Assembly: GCA_965113315.1 (NCBI GenBank)
Contig: OZ220367.1
Source: Podarcis vaucheri
Taxonomy: Eukaryota
Direction: 5' to 3' (one strand)
Length of the DNA: 64,000 nucleotides
Positions within the stretch are counted from its first letter, which is position 1. The number at the start of each line of letters is the position of its first letter. This document shows positions 26,350 through 39,030 of the stretch, in pieces. The notes under the pieces are model-generated. The model was not told the DNA's origin and made no database searches. It saw only the letters and a program-made list of their open reading frames with translations. The translations under genes were made by a program, and so were the position numbers.

Positions 26350-28835
26350 ACCAGGCCACAATACACCAAAGCCAGGCTAGCCCAACCCTGATAAGGTCAC
26401 AGCTGGGCCACCAGCCAAAGATGGTAGAAGGCACCTCACACCAAACAGGCCATTTGTACTTCCAATAACAGAAGCGGATCCAAGAGCACCCTCAGGTTGT
26501 AGACCTGCTCATTTATGGTGAGTGTGACCCCATCTAGAACAGGATGCAGCTCACCATCTATATTGAAGAGTAACTAACTAATAGAATTATTTATCTTTAT
26601 CTGGAATATTCATATGAATTGAGATTCAGTTCATTGATGGCTATTCAGTCCACTACAGAGAGTAGAACACTCTGAGGCAGTATAGGCAAAAGTGAGGCTA
26701 AGACTCTGTTCCCTCCACTCAAAGAGCTTTACAGAATAGTGCTTAGTGGTGGTTTTGACCCTGATGTTAAATGGTACCCTAGTCCATTAAGTACCCCTTC
26801 ACATTCTGGAAACAGGGCATAGAAGTAAATCATTTCAGTTGGGTTATAATCTTTTCCCATTGGGCTCTAAGTTTAGAGGAACCTTGTTAACAGTTCTGTG
26901 TGCCACCTTTAAGACGAACCAATTCAGATTCCAGTCTTTTCTGGGAGACATCCCCATGGAATTTAGTGGAGCTTGCTCCTGAATAATGTATGGTTATTGT
27001 GACATTATCCCACACTAGACATTGTGACAGCAGGCACCCATTCTAAACCAAGATCAGACAATTTTTCAGTTTAGCTAGGTGCTAAACTCCTTTGCAGAGG
27101 ACAAAGATGGAAAGGAAACCAACATTTAGGCTGGCTCATGTGACCTTCTTGGTCCCACACACCAGGTCCAGGAGTTACCAGCTACTACTGCTCTGAGGTG
27201 TATGCCCATGGGAGTTCCCATCCTTTTCACTCCATGGACATTCTGGCCCAGGTAACATACGGTGGAGAGAAGATCCTTGTCAATATTTTGAGTGGAGGCA
27301 AGAAGTTTTTAATGCAAAAAATACCTTGAATACCTTGTCTAAACTGAGATAAGCTAACCTCCCAAAATAGACTTTCAGAGGATTTAGTTCACTCCTTGAA
27401 AGTGGAATAATATTTTTGTGTGAGATTACATAAAGTGCAAAAGTTGCAGGAGGAATATTCAGCCCTGTACTTCTTTCCAGCTTAGAACCTGCTCTTAAGA
27501 AGCCTGGCAAGTATCACATTTCACCACCCTTGACCCTCTTCGAAGATATTTAAACTGAATGAAGTTGTTATCATTGTTATGTCAGGTATTATATGGGGGG
27601 GGGGACTGCAGTGAAAGTTCTCGTTCCCCTTTAAAGGGAGGGAGGAAACAGGTTTTCTTTTTCTTTCCTTTCCTTTTTTAAACAATCAGATTAAAAACCA
27701 AGTAGTTGCACACAGCAGGTGGAAAGAAATGTCACATAAATCTTTTTCTGAGGTTTGAAAAGGCTCAGGGGCTGACACATTGAAACTCCAGATCCAATAT
27801 AAGTGCAATAACGGAATAATAATAATAAAAAACAGGTTGCATCTATTTTTATCCAGCTGGTGTGAACAGTGGCATAATTTTAATCTGATCAGAAGTTTCA
27901 GAAGTTGCTTCTATGGTTCCTTCTCTCTCAGAAGTAAACAAGATTTGGGCAATGCACTTTTCAAGCTTGCCATTTTCAGCTCCTGGTCTCCCATTCCAGT
28001 TGTAAAGTTACAATAAAATATAAAGACAGGAGTTATTATTCAACTGTAAATGGATACAGAATTCTAGTTCTCCAGAATCCCAAATAATTCCAGGGAAAGT
28101 TACATAGGAACAATACTTGTGGACAGAACTAAAGGCTGTAAGATTGAAATCACCAGATTTCATGAAATTAATGCAGCCTGGTTGCGGCAGAGTATTCTTA
28201 TTGATTCTATGATGTAAGATTGGCTAATGCTGAGAGTAATGTCCTTTTTATTATTTAGAGTTTTTAACGCATATTACTGCTGCTTTGCACTAAATACTCA
28301 TCAAAGACACCTGGTATCTGCTTCCTATAGAATGACATACCACTCTCTGGAAAGCTCTTTATGCCAGAGGGGTAGACACAGAGGGTGGGAATACTCAGTT
28401 TGTGAATTATGGAGAGGGAGAGTGATGAGCCCCTCTTAAGAATAGTATGGAAGAAATGGGTCATGATTTCTTGGAAGGAATCCAGGTGTCCTTTAATTCG
28501 AGCACTGGCCCCAGGCTACTTGTGCACTGATTGGTAAGAATCTGAAGCGAATGCATGAGTCACTGACTCCAATTGTCAATCCAACTTTCAATCGAGAAGT
28601 GGTTGAAAGCTTCCTCTTTTCTCAGAAGCTCGTGCATGATTCACATCATTTCAATTTGAATAATCTGTTTACTATTGCTTGCATCTTATGGAGCAGCAGG
28701 GGTGGGGAAGAACTCATGATGATGAAATCAGTCTGAAAACATTTGTCTGTGAGCGGGGGTTATTGGTTTGGTTTGCTCTCGTTCTTGTTTTTATTATGTA
28801 TTTTGTGTTTTTAGCTTGTATTTTTGTGCTGTTAA

Positions 28836-29120
28836 TGACCCTGACATCTACGGATGACTGCAGTGCCTGGAAACAGTCATGTTGTGTATCTATAGCAGTG
28901 ACCAGAAGAGAAATGACCACTGGGAGGAACACAGAGAGACGAAACGCCATGGTGCATCTGCAGCAGCAGCACCTTCATCTGCCCTAGCTGCAACAAAACA
29001 TATCTCTTTCACATCAGTCTCTACAGCCACAGCAGGTGCTGCAACATTCCAACAGTTTGACCTCATCCCCAAAGGCACTCTCCTCCATCGTCTCCCGAGA
29101 CAGATGGATGCCAACAAATA
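28836..29120 (+). mobile_element. RTE-clade LINE 3' fragment
   Basis: Encodes TFICPSCNKTYLFHISLYSHSRCC, an RTE C-terminal zinc finger. The 3' hairpin CCATCGTCTCCCGAGACAGATGG lies at 29085-29107. Confidence 0.75.
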
Positions 29121-29454
29121 ATTTTTAAAAAGCTGTGCTTGGGAAAGGAGAACTGGAAAATGGAATGAAGGAGGAGAAAGCAGGTGATGAAAAGCCAGCC
29201 AGAAGGATGTATCGTGTAGGGAAAGAAAAACCCAGGAGATAATTTGCTGAGAGAGGTGTAGACATGGTCAGGAGGTACACTTGCATGGAAGGCTGAAGTG
29301 ATTTGCACTCCTGGTGCTTACCACATTCTGAAATAAGTAATAAATGTGATGCAAAAAACTATGAAGTCTAGAAATTTTTAAATTCCCTAAGATCACCAGT
29401 GATGCTTTGAAATAACCAACCAAATCATACCTGCAGACCTTTAGGCATACTATA

Positions 29455-29586
29455 GTAGGGGTAGGAAACCTGTTACCCTCCAGAAGTTTCTGGACTACAC
29501 AAATCACAACGCCCTGACCATTAGCTGGATGGGCCTGAAAAGAGCTGGACCCCAACAGCATCTGAGGGGCCACAGATTTCCCAGAC
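29455..29586. mobile_element. Old hAT-like MITE
   Basis: Degenerate relative of the CCCTCCAGATGTT...GGACTACA family at 42184 and 56945. Confidence 0.55.
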
Positions 29587-30920
29587 TTAAACTAGAACAT
29601 AGTTAAATTATCTTGACGTCTTAGTGAAATGCGCTGTTCATTTGATTTTTGTTGCTCTTGCCTTGCATTGTTTGATTTTTGCACCTACTCTTGAATTTTT
29701 AGAAAGGACTATTTAAATTGTAAAAGGCTTTGACATGACTTCTGATCATCAGTGCCTTCTTAAAATGGTTTTCCCCTCCAATCGTTCCAATTTTTTTAAT
29801 TGACATCAAAAGCAAGCAGGTGGGTTTTCTCATCAGTGAAGAATTAAGTATATGACAATTATGAGGCAACAAGGATGTTAAAAAGCCAACAAAAATTTGA
29901 ACCAAATATATGTCCCCCAAGCAACAGTTTACTTTTAAAACATAAGGCTATAATCTAATACCCAGTTACTTGGGAGTAAGCCAAAGGCCTTACTTCTGAG
30001 CAGACATGCCTAGGATTTCAATCTAAGGCTAATTACTACCCAGTATCTGATATATATACCTGTAAATAAGAGAAAGCGACAGTTGCCAAATTATTTCACA
30101 TTCTGTCTTTCCAATTCCTGTTTGTAGGGCTCCAGTTAAGAAATTTTCACTCACTTGAAATGTAATCACCTCCAGCTAAAACATGAGAAATTGTACTTTC
30201 AAGCTAAATATCCAGAGTATGCTTTTAGCCAACAATATTTACTCTATATGGGGAGAAATATTGCTAAAAAGAGGTACAACTATATTTTCTTAAGCATAAC
30301 AGTGAGATCTTGGCTTATATGCATTAGGCTTTTACCGTAGATTAGTGCCAATTTAAAGCACTTGTAAAGAACGTGAGCTGATCTGCACAGCCTTGCCTGC
30401 ATACAAATATCTGTGCTAGGATATCTGCTGTCGCAGTGAGAACTGTGCAATTTTGAAAGCCTGCATGAAGATCAGTTCAGCTGCTAGACAAAATGTTCAA
30501 CATACTTAAGCCTTGAGGCAATTGTGATTGGCCTGAGGACAGATGATAATTGTATGGTAATTTCAGCTTGAAGAATGTGTAGCTGTTGTGGGTGTAAATA
30601 CAAGCTTGGCAAGGTGACTGGTCAATATGAAGCGATTTTTATCTCTTTACACCTTTCTTTGAACTAAAATCAATGTAAGATCAGGAATGAGATGGTTTTA
30701 TTTATGTAGTTTTAAAAGCATCTAAATGCACAGTTCTGAGTATTGAATATTTTGGTAGCTGGCAGTGCCTGGTGGTACAATTCAGCAGCACACACTCATG
30801 CCATGTACTTGCAAATGTATACTTTTCCTCTTTTCTTTCACAATGTATCCTATGGACCAATTGTGAATGTTAAGGGACACTTTCTGAATAGCTTAAGAGG
30901 TTCCTCCTTCCGTCTCATCC

Positions 30921-30957
<37 letters not shown>

Positions 30958-31489
30958 CAGAGATTGTCTAAAAGTAACTGCAAACCTAGATATCTCCTTT
31001 TTATGCATATGCCATCCTTATTTATTTTACCTAACACTGTCTAGAGCTGCTGATATTAACCAGTAGAGGGAGGTAAAACCTCAAGCTAATGAAACATGAT
31101 TTCACCATTACTATTTAAATTAGTGAAATTATAACACAGTATATATACTGCCAAAATCATAAGGAGTATTATTATTATTACTGTTACTAAATAGCTGCTC
31201 ATTTCAGTATTCCTTAAATACCTAGACTTCAGCAACAGATAATGCATGTTAAAATAACCAAATTAAAAGCATGTTGTATAATATGAAGATTTACAGAGTC
31301 AGGACATTTAATGGCAAGAGCTAGTTCCAGGTTTGAGAGGTCTCTGAGCAAAATATTCCTCCTACCATCCTGCAGCCAAAGCGGTCCAGGCAAAAGCACA
31401 TTTGCGGAGGAAGCAGAAGTGGGTTAAAAAGCCACTTCTGCTTGAAGATGGTGGAGGAAGGAGGACCTTTCTTTTTTGGAAGAAGGGTG

Positions 31490-31820
31490 GTTATTACTAT
31501 TTTGTTGGTCCAATACAGATCAGAGAAGGAAAGGAAAGATGGTTAGGTGAAGGGTTTCTTCTGAAATATGCCCAGTTCCTGCATTAAGAGCACATGTGGC
31601 ACTTAGGGGTTCTGGCCGGGAGAATTTTTCATGCAAGTGGGTCACCGCTGACTAAGTATCAATTTGAGGTGGTGAACCGGAGGGTTTTAGCTGGGTTAGG
31701 GACTCATTCTTTCAGAATTGAGCCTACCTTCTCTACTGCTCGTTGGGGTATGTCTCCAGAGGGCATACAGCAGGTGGAGAGGTGGATATCTTCTCCCTTC
31801 AAGTCTTATATACTACCCTA
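31490..31820 (+). pseudogene. Tyrosine recombinase C-terminal fossil from a Ngaro/DIRS-type retrotransposon
   Basis: One frame reads SNTDQRRKG...CPVPALRAHVALRG. After a frameshift it reads HASGSPLTKYQF...GTHSFRIE...IQQVERWISSPFKSYILP. These match the SKTDQ, CPV, HSFRIG and GRWxS...Y motifs of this enzyme family. Confidence 0.8.
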
Positions 31821-32700
31821 TGGGCATTTTCAGTGCCATCCTGTTGAAAGAATTTAGGCTTGTCCTATATAAAATATAGCATGCATTTGCAGTGCTTTTT
31901 AGTATAAAGGGTTGGGCAAAAATAAGCATCAGCTGTCTGCAAACTTCACGTGACTGTCACCTTATTTTCCCCCTCTTTCTTTCATGTTTTCTTTTACAAA
32001 ATTCATGGTTCCAAGTGCAACTGCTTTCTCTTTTGGGCAAATTTCCCTCAGATTTGTACTTGCCAACCCCAAATACACCCTACTATTCATTGTGGAAATC
32101 AAAGCATCGTTCACACTGTCTCAGTCACTGGCATCTGGCAGAAAAATAAAATCAGTCTCCATGTGCGTTGCCAGCCAAAATGCTTTGTTCATGTTTGTGC
32201 TGGCAACAGTTTTCATAGGCAACAGAAGATTGCTCAGGTTAGCAGGCAGTCATCCCTTCTCATCTTTTTATCCCACACAGCTCAGATGTTCCAGAGATGG
32301 TATGAGAATTATTCCTTTCAACAGGTTCAGCTTTTTTTGTTCCATTAGTGACAAGGGCAGACTTCAGGAACCTGGCAAATCATTATGCTCTGTAACAGAA
32401 TGGGATCTATTGCCATCACTCACACAAAAACTAAAGGTTCCTTTTTTGTATCCATGCTCCTTCAAGCCTCGTGGATAATATTTGTCTTCCCAACACAATA
32501 CACAATACAATACACAGTATTCCAGGTAAGCATGCTCACTTTTATTATGCTAGCAAAATGATCATCATTATAGTTTGCACAGTAAATGTAGAGCAGGATT
32601 TGTACTGGAAGGCCATTGGCTTAGCTAATCAGTGCTTACTTTAAGCCCTGTAGCAGATCCCAGCAGACTTGAAGTCACCATCAACTGATAGGAATAGATA

Positions 32701-32927
32701 GACATCTTTCCGCAGGGCCTGCAAGACAAAGCTGTTCCACTAGGCCTTTGGTCAGGGCGCAGCCTGACCCCCTCCTCTGGCAATCTGCACAGAATTTTGC
32801 TTAATGGTTGCCATCAATTTGATTTTAATTAATTTTATAATGAATGTTTTTAGAATGCTGGTTTATTTTGATTGTTGTTAGCCGCCCTGAGCCCAGCTTC
32901 GCCTGGGGAGGGCGGGATATAAATAAA

Positions 32928-32969
<42 letters not shown>

Positions 32970-32983
32970 TACTACTACTACTA
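32701..32983 (+). mobile_element. L2-type 3' end with (TTA)n(CTA)n tail
   Basis: GTTAGCCGCCCTGAGCCC...GGGCGGGATATAAATAAAA followed by a microsatellite tail. Confidence 0.7.
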
Positions 32984-33883
32984 CATGGGTCACTGTGCGG
33001 GATGCATGGGGTGGACCCTCTGGGTTTGGGAACAAAGAAGATGGGAACTTGGAATAGAGCAATTGATTTGTTTAAAAAATTGTGGAGAGGTATCATCAGG
33101 CAGGGGATATCATGCTATCTCCTTTTGTCATATCTAGTAGTTCTTGGATATTGTTCCCTGCCACCATTCGACGCCCACCCTCCTGGTACTTCCAGGGGCT
33201 CTAGAAATGGGATTGTATAAAATGAAAAAGATGCAGCCCATGTCAGTAGAAGCTGGGGAAGGAAAAGCATGATGTCATAATCATGTGTGCTGAAAAGAGG
33301 GTATTTCCAGGCCTCTTTAGGACTGCAAACTTTAAACTGCTACTTAAAAAGGAAAATTATAGCAGCTAGAAGCTTTTTCTATATCTATTTATGGAGCAAA
33401 TGTTGACCACACTAAAAGCTCTTCTGCAAGCTACTGTGGCGCAATCTTTGGAAGTTGTGTGAAAAGCTCTCCTGTGGATCACAGTTCCCTAATGGATATA
33501 TAAACAATAAGGCAGTCTCTCAAGTAACCTGGCCCTAAGCTGTATGGAGCCTTATGTGATAGTACCTAATATATTATAGATTACTTACTTGCCTTAGCTG
33601 ATGAAAGAATACAGCTGATGAAAGAATACAGACAGGTGTCTGGAATTATATCTACAATTAAGGATTGTGTTTCTCAAGAAGCCAAGCAAATGAATTTGAA
33701 AGCACACTAATACAGTAAAGGAAAATCTGCAGATGCCATCCTACCCAAACAACTTCCAAATTCTTCATCCCAAACTGCCCTGTCATTCCATTTCATCATT
33801 TAACCTGGCATGGAATATCCTGCTGTTACACAGGACATTATTTAATATTGGCAAGGATCTGGGAATGGTCCGGTGAGATAAGA

Positions 33884-34204
33884 TTGATAGCTCAGTTGGT
33901 TAGAGTGTGGTGCTGATAATACCAAGGTTGCAGGTTCAATCCCTGTATGGGCAGTTGCATATTCCTGCATTGCAGGGAGCTGGACTAAATGATCCTCAGG
34001 GTAGGGTTGCTATACATCCGGGTTTTCTCGGACATTACCAGTATTTCAATGGAAGAAGAGACCTCCAGGGGGGATTTCTGAAAAGCAGCAGTTTGTCCTA
34101 GATTTTCGGCAAAATAACCAGAAAATCATTTCATTTTTTCCCAACTTTTCAACAACTTTGGGGATTTTCTTTAAAAAAACCTCTACAATTCTATGATTCT
34201 ATGA
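33884..34204 (+). mobile_element. tRNA-derived SINE with CR1-type tail, interrupted by a partial hAT MITE (34002-34180)
   Basis: A box TAGCTCAGTTGG, B box GGTTCAATCC, CR1-like TGGACTAAATGATCCTC and an ATTCTATGATTCTATGA tail. Confidence 0.8.
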
Positions 34205-34408
34205 CCCATAACACAATTCTAGAAGACCATTCAAAGTAGGAAGAATGGCTAATTAGCATGGTTGCTGTACTTTGCACACTTAAATTATTGTTATAATATT
34301 TTACCAGTTGGTATCATTGTAACATTATTTAACATTTACTGTATGTTTAGAACCAATACCCACCAACTTACTAGACAGTTACAGTGACATTTTTCACCTG
34401 ATAAACTA

Positions 34409-34601
34409 AGGGTGGATCTACACACGGGGAGGGGGGGACCCAGCTATAAATAAGTCAGAAATTAGATTGTTATTACAAAAAATTTTAAAAAACAACTATG
34501 GAAAAATGTGTGTAAATTTTTCCTGCTCTTTGGTGCCATCTGGAGTTGCATGTCAATAGTGCATTCAAATCATTGTTTCTTTACTAATGTAGCTGAGTCC
34601 T
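34409..34601. mobile_element. Old MITE, possibly PIF/Harbinger-like
   Basis: GGTGGATCTACAC...GTAGCTGAGTCC ends; inverted homologue of 9931-10101. Confidence 0.45.
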
Positions 34602-36482
34602 GAATTATACTTTTGCCCGTTGCTCAAAGTAACATCAATTACCTCTAGTGTTTCCACAAAATGCAGGAAACTATAAACTGCCATTTCTTGACATTACTGA
34701 AAGGCCATACATTAAATATGTGTGATAAAAAAGGTTATTATCTAGCATTTCTGTCTGCACTATTGTGAATGAGTTTAAAATGACAAATGCTATGGACTAT
34801 GATCAATAGTGAAATATGATACTACTTTTAAAAAACTCTACAGTTATGTGTTTAATATTACTAATCAGTGGCTTGTCAACCTTATTGAAATAACCTTCAT
34901 GACTATTTAAATTACAAAATATCTACTTGGAGCAACTGTTTTTACACCCACACACACAAATACCCATAGGATTAGGCCTTCGTTGAAGAGCATAGAAGAC
35001 TATTTGATGAACTATAATTGTGCCTTGATTTCTTTGCTTTGTAAAATGTCATCCTCAAATCTAACCCATTAATCTGTATTACACTGAACTGGGATTTAGC
35101 TGCATATCCCAGCCTTTGTTGCAGTAAAGCTATAGCTAATAACAATTTTATTAGAAGCTGCAGTTACTGACACTGAATTTTCTTTAAAAATTAAATGCTT
35201 TATCCTATTTAGCGAAATTATACAGCAACTGAATTGCTCAGTGGAGGCACGGATTATCCTGTGTTTTCATACTGTTAAAATGGCCTTCTTACAACTGAGT
35301 TACAAGACTGTGAGGAGTCATCTGTTCCTGAGCATGCAATACCATCATTTAGTGGTGGTTTCATGGGGGGGGGGAGAGCTGGGCAAGACATCTTCAGAGG
35401 GACGCGCTCCTGACCCACATAGTGACTTCTTCTGCCTCTTCCTCATTCCTCACCATTGCCCAATTGATTTGCCCTCTGTGCCCAAATTCTTGTGCCTGCT
35501 CACATGCTCAGAGAGGGCAGGTAAGAGCAAGCCAGGAGCACCCACAGAGCCAGGGAGCTCCAGAGATTGACGGTGAGACATTGAGCCAGGCTGGGCTGGA
35601 TCTGTGTGAATTGGAACCTTCATTAGATTATCTGTATGTCAGTGCACAAATTCAGTAATTAGCTGATGAATGTGAAAAAGATTATATGCAAATATGCCAG
35701 TGACTATGCATGCAACTCTAAAAGCCAAATGGTTCTGTGGTCTAACTTGTTCAGGATTTCTTATTTCATACTTCGGCTGTTGCAGGACAAATTACTATTT
35801 CAAGACTTTGACTCGGGGAGTATCACATTTCTAGGATGGAGATGATGAAGTAGATTGGATTAGTATTGGCTTTATGTAGCTTTAAAGATGCTGAAGTATG
35901 CAGAAGGATGCTAAATCTTTATTATATTCATTAAATGTTTGCATGGATTCCTGAATATGCCTCTGGGAAATTATTGCAAGTTAGTATTCTTTTATTTTTA
36001 TATGCTGCATATTTATTAATACTTTTGTATTGTAAAGGACCTGGTCCATTCAACAGATTAAAGAAAAATGAACAATCAGAAGAACAACTAGCTTAATTTG
36101 CCACCACTCACCGTACCTACCTACATACTTTTAAACATGTTTTTCAAAGCAGTTATCCAGACAAGTTCTAATATATTCTGTTTTGCATACAAGTTTCTGA
36201 GCAAACTTAGAGAATTAATGTACTGTATGTGCCAATTCTCAAAAAGATCTTAGAATGATTATTTTGGGTCCTTGTTGTTGTTGTTGTTTAGTATTTGCGA
36301 GTTTTATTAGTAGGTTTAGAGTGGGAATTGTTTCTATTCATTTATTTATTTGATCTATATATCAAAAGATCCCAGGGGGGTTCACAATGGAAGTATTGTT
36401 TTGGTACTATGACTTGCTGACTGCCTTGAGAGGATATAAGCTTTTAAAATAATGAAAACAAATAAATAAATTCCCCTTAGGT

Positions 36483-36853
36483 CATGGGTAGCCAACATAG
36501 TACAGAGGTACCTTGGGTTAAGAACTTAATTCGTTCTTGAGGTCCGTTCTTAACCTGAAACTGTTCTTAACCTGAAGCACCACTTTAGCTAATGGGGCCT
36601 CCTGCTGCTGCTGTGCTGCTGCTGCACGATTTCTGTTCTCATCCTGAAGCAAAGTTCTTAACCCGAGGTAATATTTCTGGGTTAGCGGAGTCTGTAACCT
36701 GAAGCGTCTGTAACCTGAAGCGTATGTAACCCGAGGTACCACTGTATGCTCCAGATGTTGTTGTGCCATAATTCCTATTATCCCTGCCCATTAGCCATCT
36801 TTGTAGGGGCTGATGGGAGTTGTAGTCCAACAATATCTGAAGGTGCCATGTTG
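36483..36853. mobile_element. Old hAT-like MITE split by a mariner MITE
   Basis: CATGGGTAGCCAACAT lies left of the insert and CTCCAGATGTT...GATGGGAGTTGTAGTCCAACA...GGTGCCATGTTG lies right of it. Confidence 0.65.
36503..36744 (-). mobile_element. Tc1/mariner (Tigger/pogo-like) MITE
   Basis: Reverse-complement homologue of 14986-15211; TA TSD. Confidence 0.88.
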
Positions 36854-38448
36854 TGGGCTGAGAAATGATTAATTATATTGTATAATAATATAGTATTTCT
36901 GGAAGATAATATCCAAAACTTCACATTCATGCAGTCCTTTAGACATATGCTCAAACAGAACCCTTTTCAGAGGATTATGCAAGCCACATATTGAAACATC
37001 AGTAAAACTACCTTGAAAAATATCCATTTATGGCACTGGAAAATGCCTACATAGGAAATAAAAAAGGAAGTAATTTATTCAGATTTCTGAATGAAAATGT
37101 CACATTGTTCTTCTCAAAGATCTTACTAGAAACTTATTAATATGAAAGTAGTAGATAGGCAACATCTTTCCCCCCTTTTGCATTCTGTGTAAATCCACTT
37201 ACTATAAATCATATGCATAACAAAGTTTTGACACACAAAAATCCAGTCAAGGATAATATTAATTTTTTACCCTCTCTTGAACCAGTTTTCTGAAACCTAT
37301 GTTTGCATTGCTTACAGAATGAGAAGAGTAAAACCTGCCACTCAAACTAGCATTTGAAAATGAAGCATAAGCAATCACATTAATCACAATCTGTTTTTCT
37401 GCACATGACATTCCTTTCTATTCCAATTAATAGTATGGAACAAATTAGTTTATAGAAAGGCTTCAAATGATACATTTGCTCAGTTATTTTGGCAAGATGG
37501 TCACAAGTTTCACATCACAAAAACCAGATAAGGTGATCAATACTTCACACTGAACAATGAAAGTACTTGACTGGTTATATATGTTATCTGTAGCATATAT
37601 CATATGCATAGGCCATGCATAGAAGTCCAGAACATTCCTGAACTGAGGTGGGTATAGATTCCTTGTGTTTTGTTCAGCCACCCAAGAAAATAATTTTATA
37701 CATCTACTGCAAGAACAGGAAGCCTCAGAGCTGGGGGTCTAATGTGCCCCCCCCCGGTTTCTCTTAGATGGCCCCTAAAAGATAATCCTACCCACTGTAT
37801 AGCCAACCAATCACTGAGCAATTCAGAAAAGGATCTCCTGTAGATGAAATCTCATGAGCAGGTCCATTCCATATGCTGTAGGAATCAAGTCTTTAGTGTG
37901 AAGGCACATGCCCCCTGGAACTGCCTACTATTATGTATTATATAAGCACCGTTTCCATTATCATTTCAGAACCTTTGGAAGACATTTCTTTTTCAGCTAG
38001 CCCTTTTAGTAGAGAGTCTTATCTGTATTGGATTTCTGTTTTTGTTGTTAATCACTTCAAGATGTTTCACAGAAGGAGATTCATAAATGAAATAAAGTGT
38101 AATGAAATAAGTGGAGTTAGGAATGTCAATGGATAAGTTCCTTTGGGATAAGTGGGTCCCCCCCCCCAATTCCATGAGAAAATGATGGATTCTAACTTAT
38201 AGTTCTTTTGTACTGGCACTTAACTCCAGTCAAGTCACAAAAGGTTTTCAGTACAGCCTCAAATAAATGTTGCATTCGGTAAACATTTCATGGTTGTTAT
38301 CTCAAAATGCTTCTATGAAAGCAACATCTTTTCAAAAAGTAACATTATGACTATTCCTCAAACCCCAATACTTCAGATTCTAGACATTTCCCCAAAAGAT
38401 CTAAAGTCTTTCCCACATAAAGCCTTTTCAGTGGTAATGGCAATATCG

Positions 38449-38720
38449 GCCCAGTATACCTGAAGGAGTGCCTCCACCCCCATCATTCTGCCCGGACACT
38501 GAGGTCCAGGTGCCAAAGGCCTTCTGGCGGTTCCTTCACTGTGAGAAACGAAGTTACAGGGAACCAGGCAGAGGGCCTTCTCGGTAATGGCGCCCGCCCT
38601 GTGGAACACACTCCCCTCAGATGTCAATGAAATAAACAACTATCTAACTTTTAGAAGACATCTGAAGGCAGCCCTGTTTAGGGAAGCTTTTAATACTTTT
38701 AAACCCAGCAATAGCGGCGG

Positions 38721-38726
<6 letters not shown>
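38449..38726 (+). mobile_element. L2 LINE 3' fragment with an internal deletion
   Basis: Homologous to the reverse complement of 56014-56311; ends AAACCCAGC...GGCGGGGTATA and runs into (TA)n. Confidence 0.8.

Positions 38727-38767
<41 letters not shown>
38723..38767. repeat. (TA)n tract, left segment (other segments at 39128-39150 and 40310-40354)
   Basis: Directly visible; these tracts flank both PLE units. Confidence 0.95.
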
Positions 38768-38769
<2 letters not shown>

Positions 38770-38847
38770 TTTCGTAGATTTTCACGGGTACAGGAATGCA
38801 GGTTTTGGTGTCTTCGGGTGTCTTCCCGTGTAAGAGTCGGGGTGTCT

Positions 38848-38893
38848 GTGCGACGTTTCGACGAGGTCTCACTCGTCATCTTCAGGCTGGTGC
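38848..38893 (-). ncRNA. Minimal type I hammerhead ribozyme motif, copy 1
   Basis: Reverse complement of 39031-39076. Confidence 0.75.
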
Positions 38894-39030
38894 TTTCGGC
38901 TTCTTGTTACGTGTCCGCGCTCCGCCCGCCGCGTTCCCGCTCTTGTCCTCTCAGACGGTGCTCGGCGGCTGCGGAGGACAAGAGCGGGAACGCGGCGGGC
39001 GGAGCGCGGACACGTAACAAGAAGCCGAAA

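Larger units (their letters stand above)
25640..26670 (-). mobile_element. Degenerate L2 fragment hosting nested insertions
   Basis: Patchy similarity to the L2-like pieces at 17800-18775 and 63230-63990. Boundaries approximate. Confidence 0.55.

Noticed and set aside
31892-32478. Overlapping ORFs up to 164 aa next to the recombinase fossil
   Set aside because: No recognisable domain, and the antisense reading I translated has several stops.
33596-33631. 17-bp tandem duplication containing CTGATGA
   Set aside because: No stem II or correctly placed GAAA, so not a hammerhead; simple local duplication.
33886-33950. tRNA gene
   Set aside because: Degenerate acceptor stem and continuation into a CR1-like tail show it is a SINE head.
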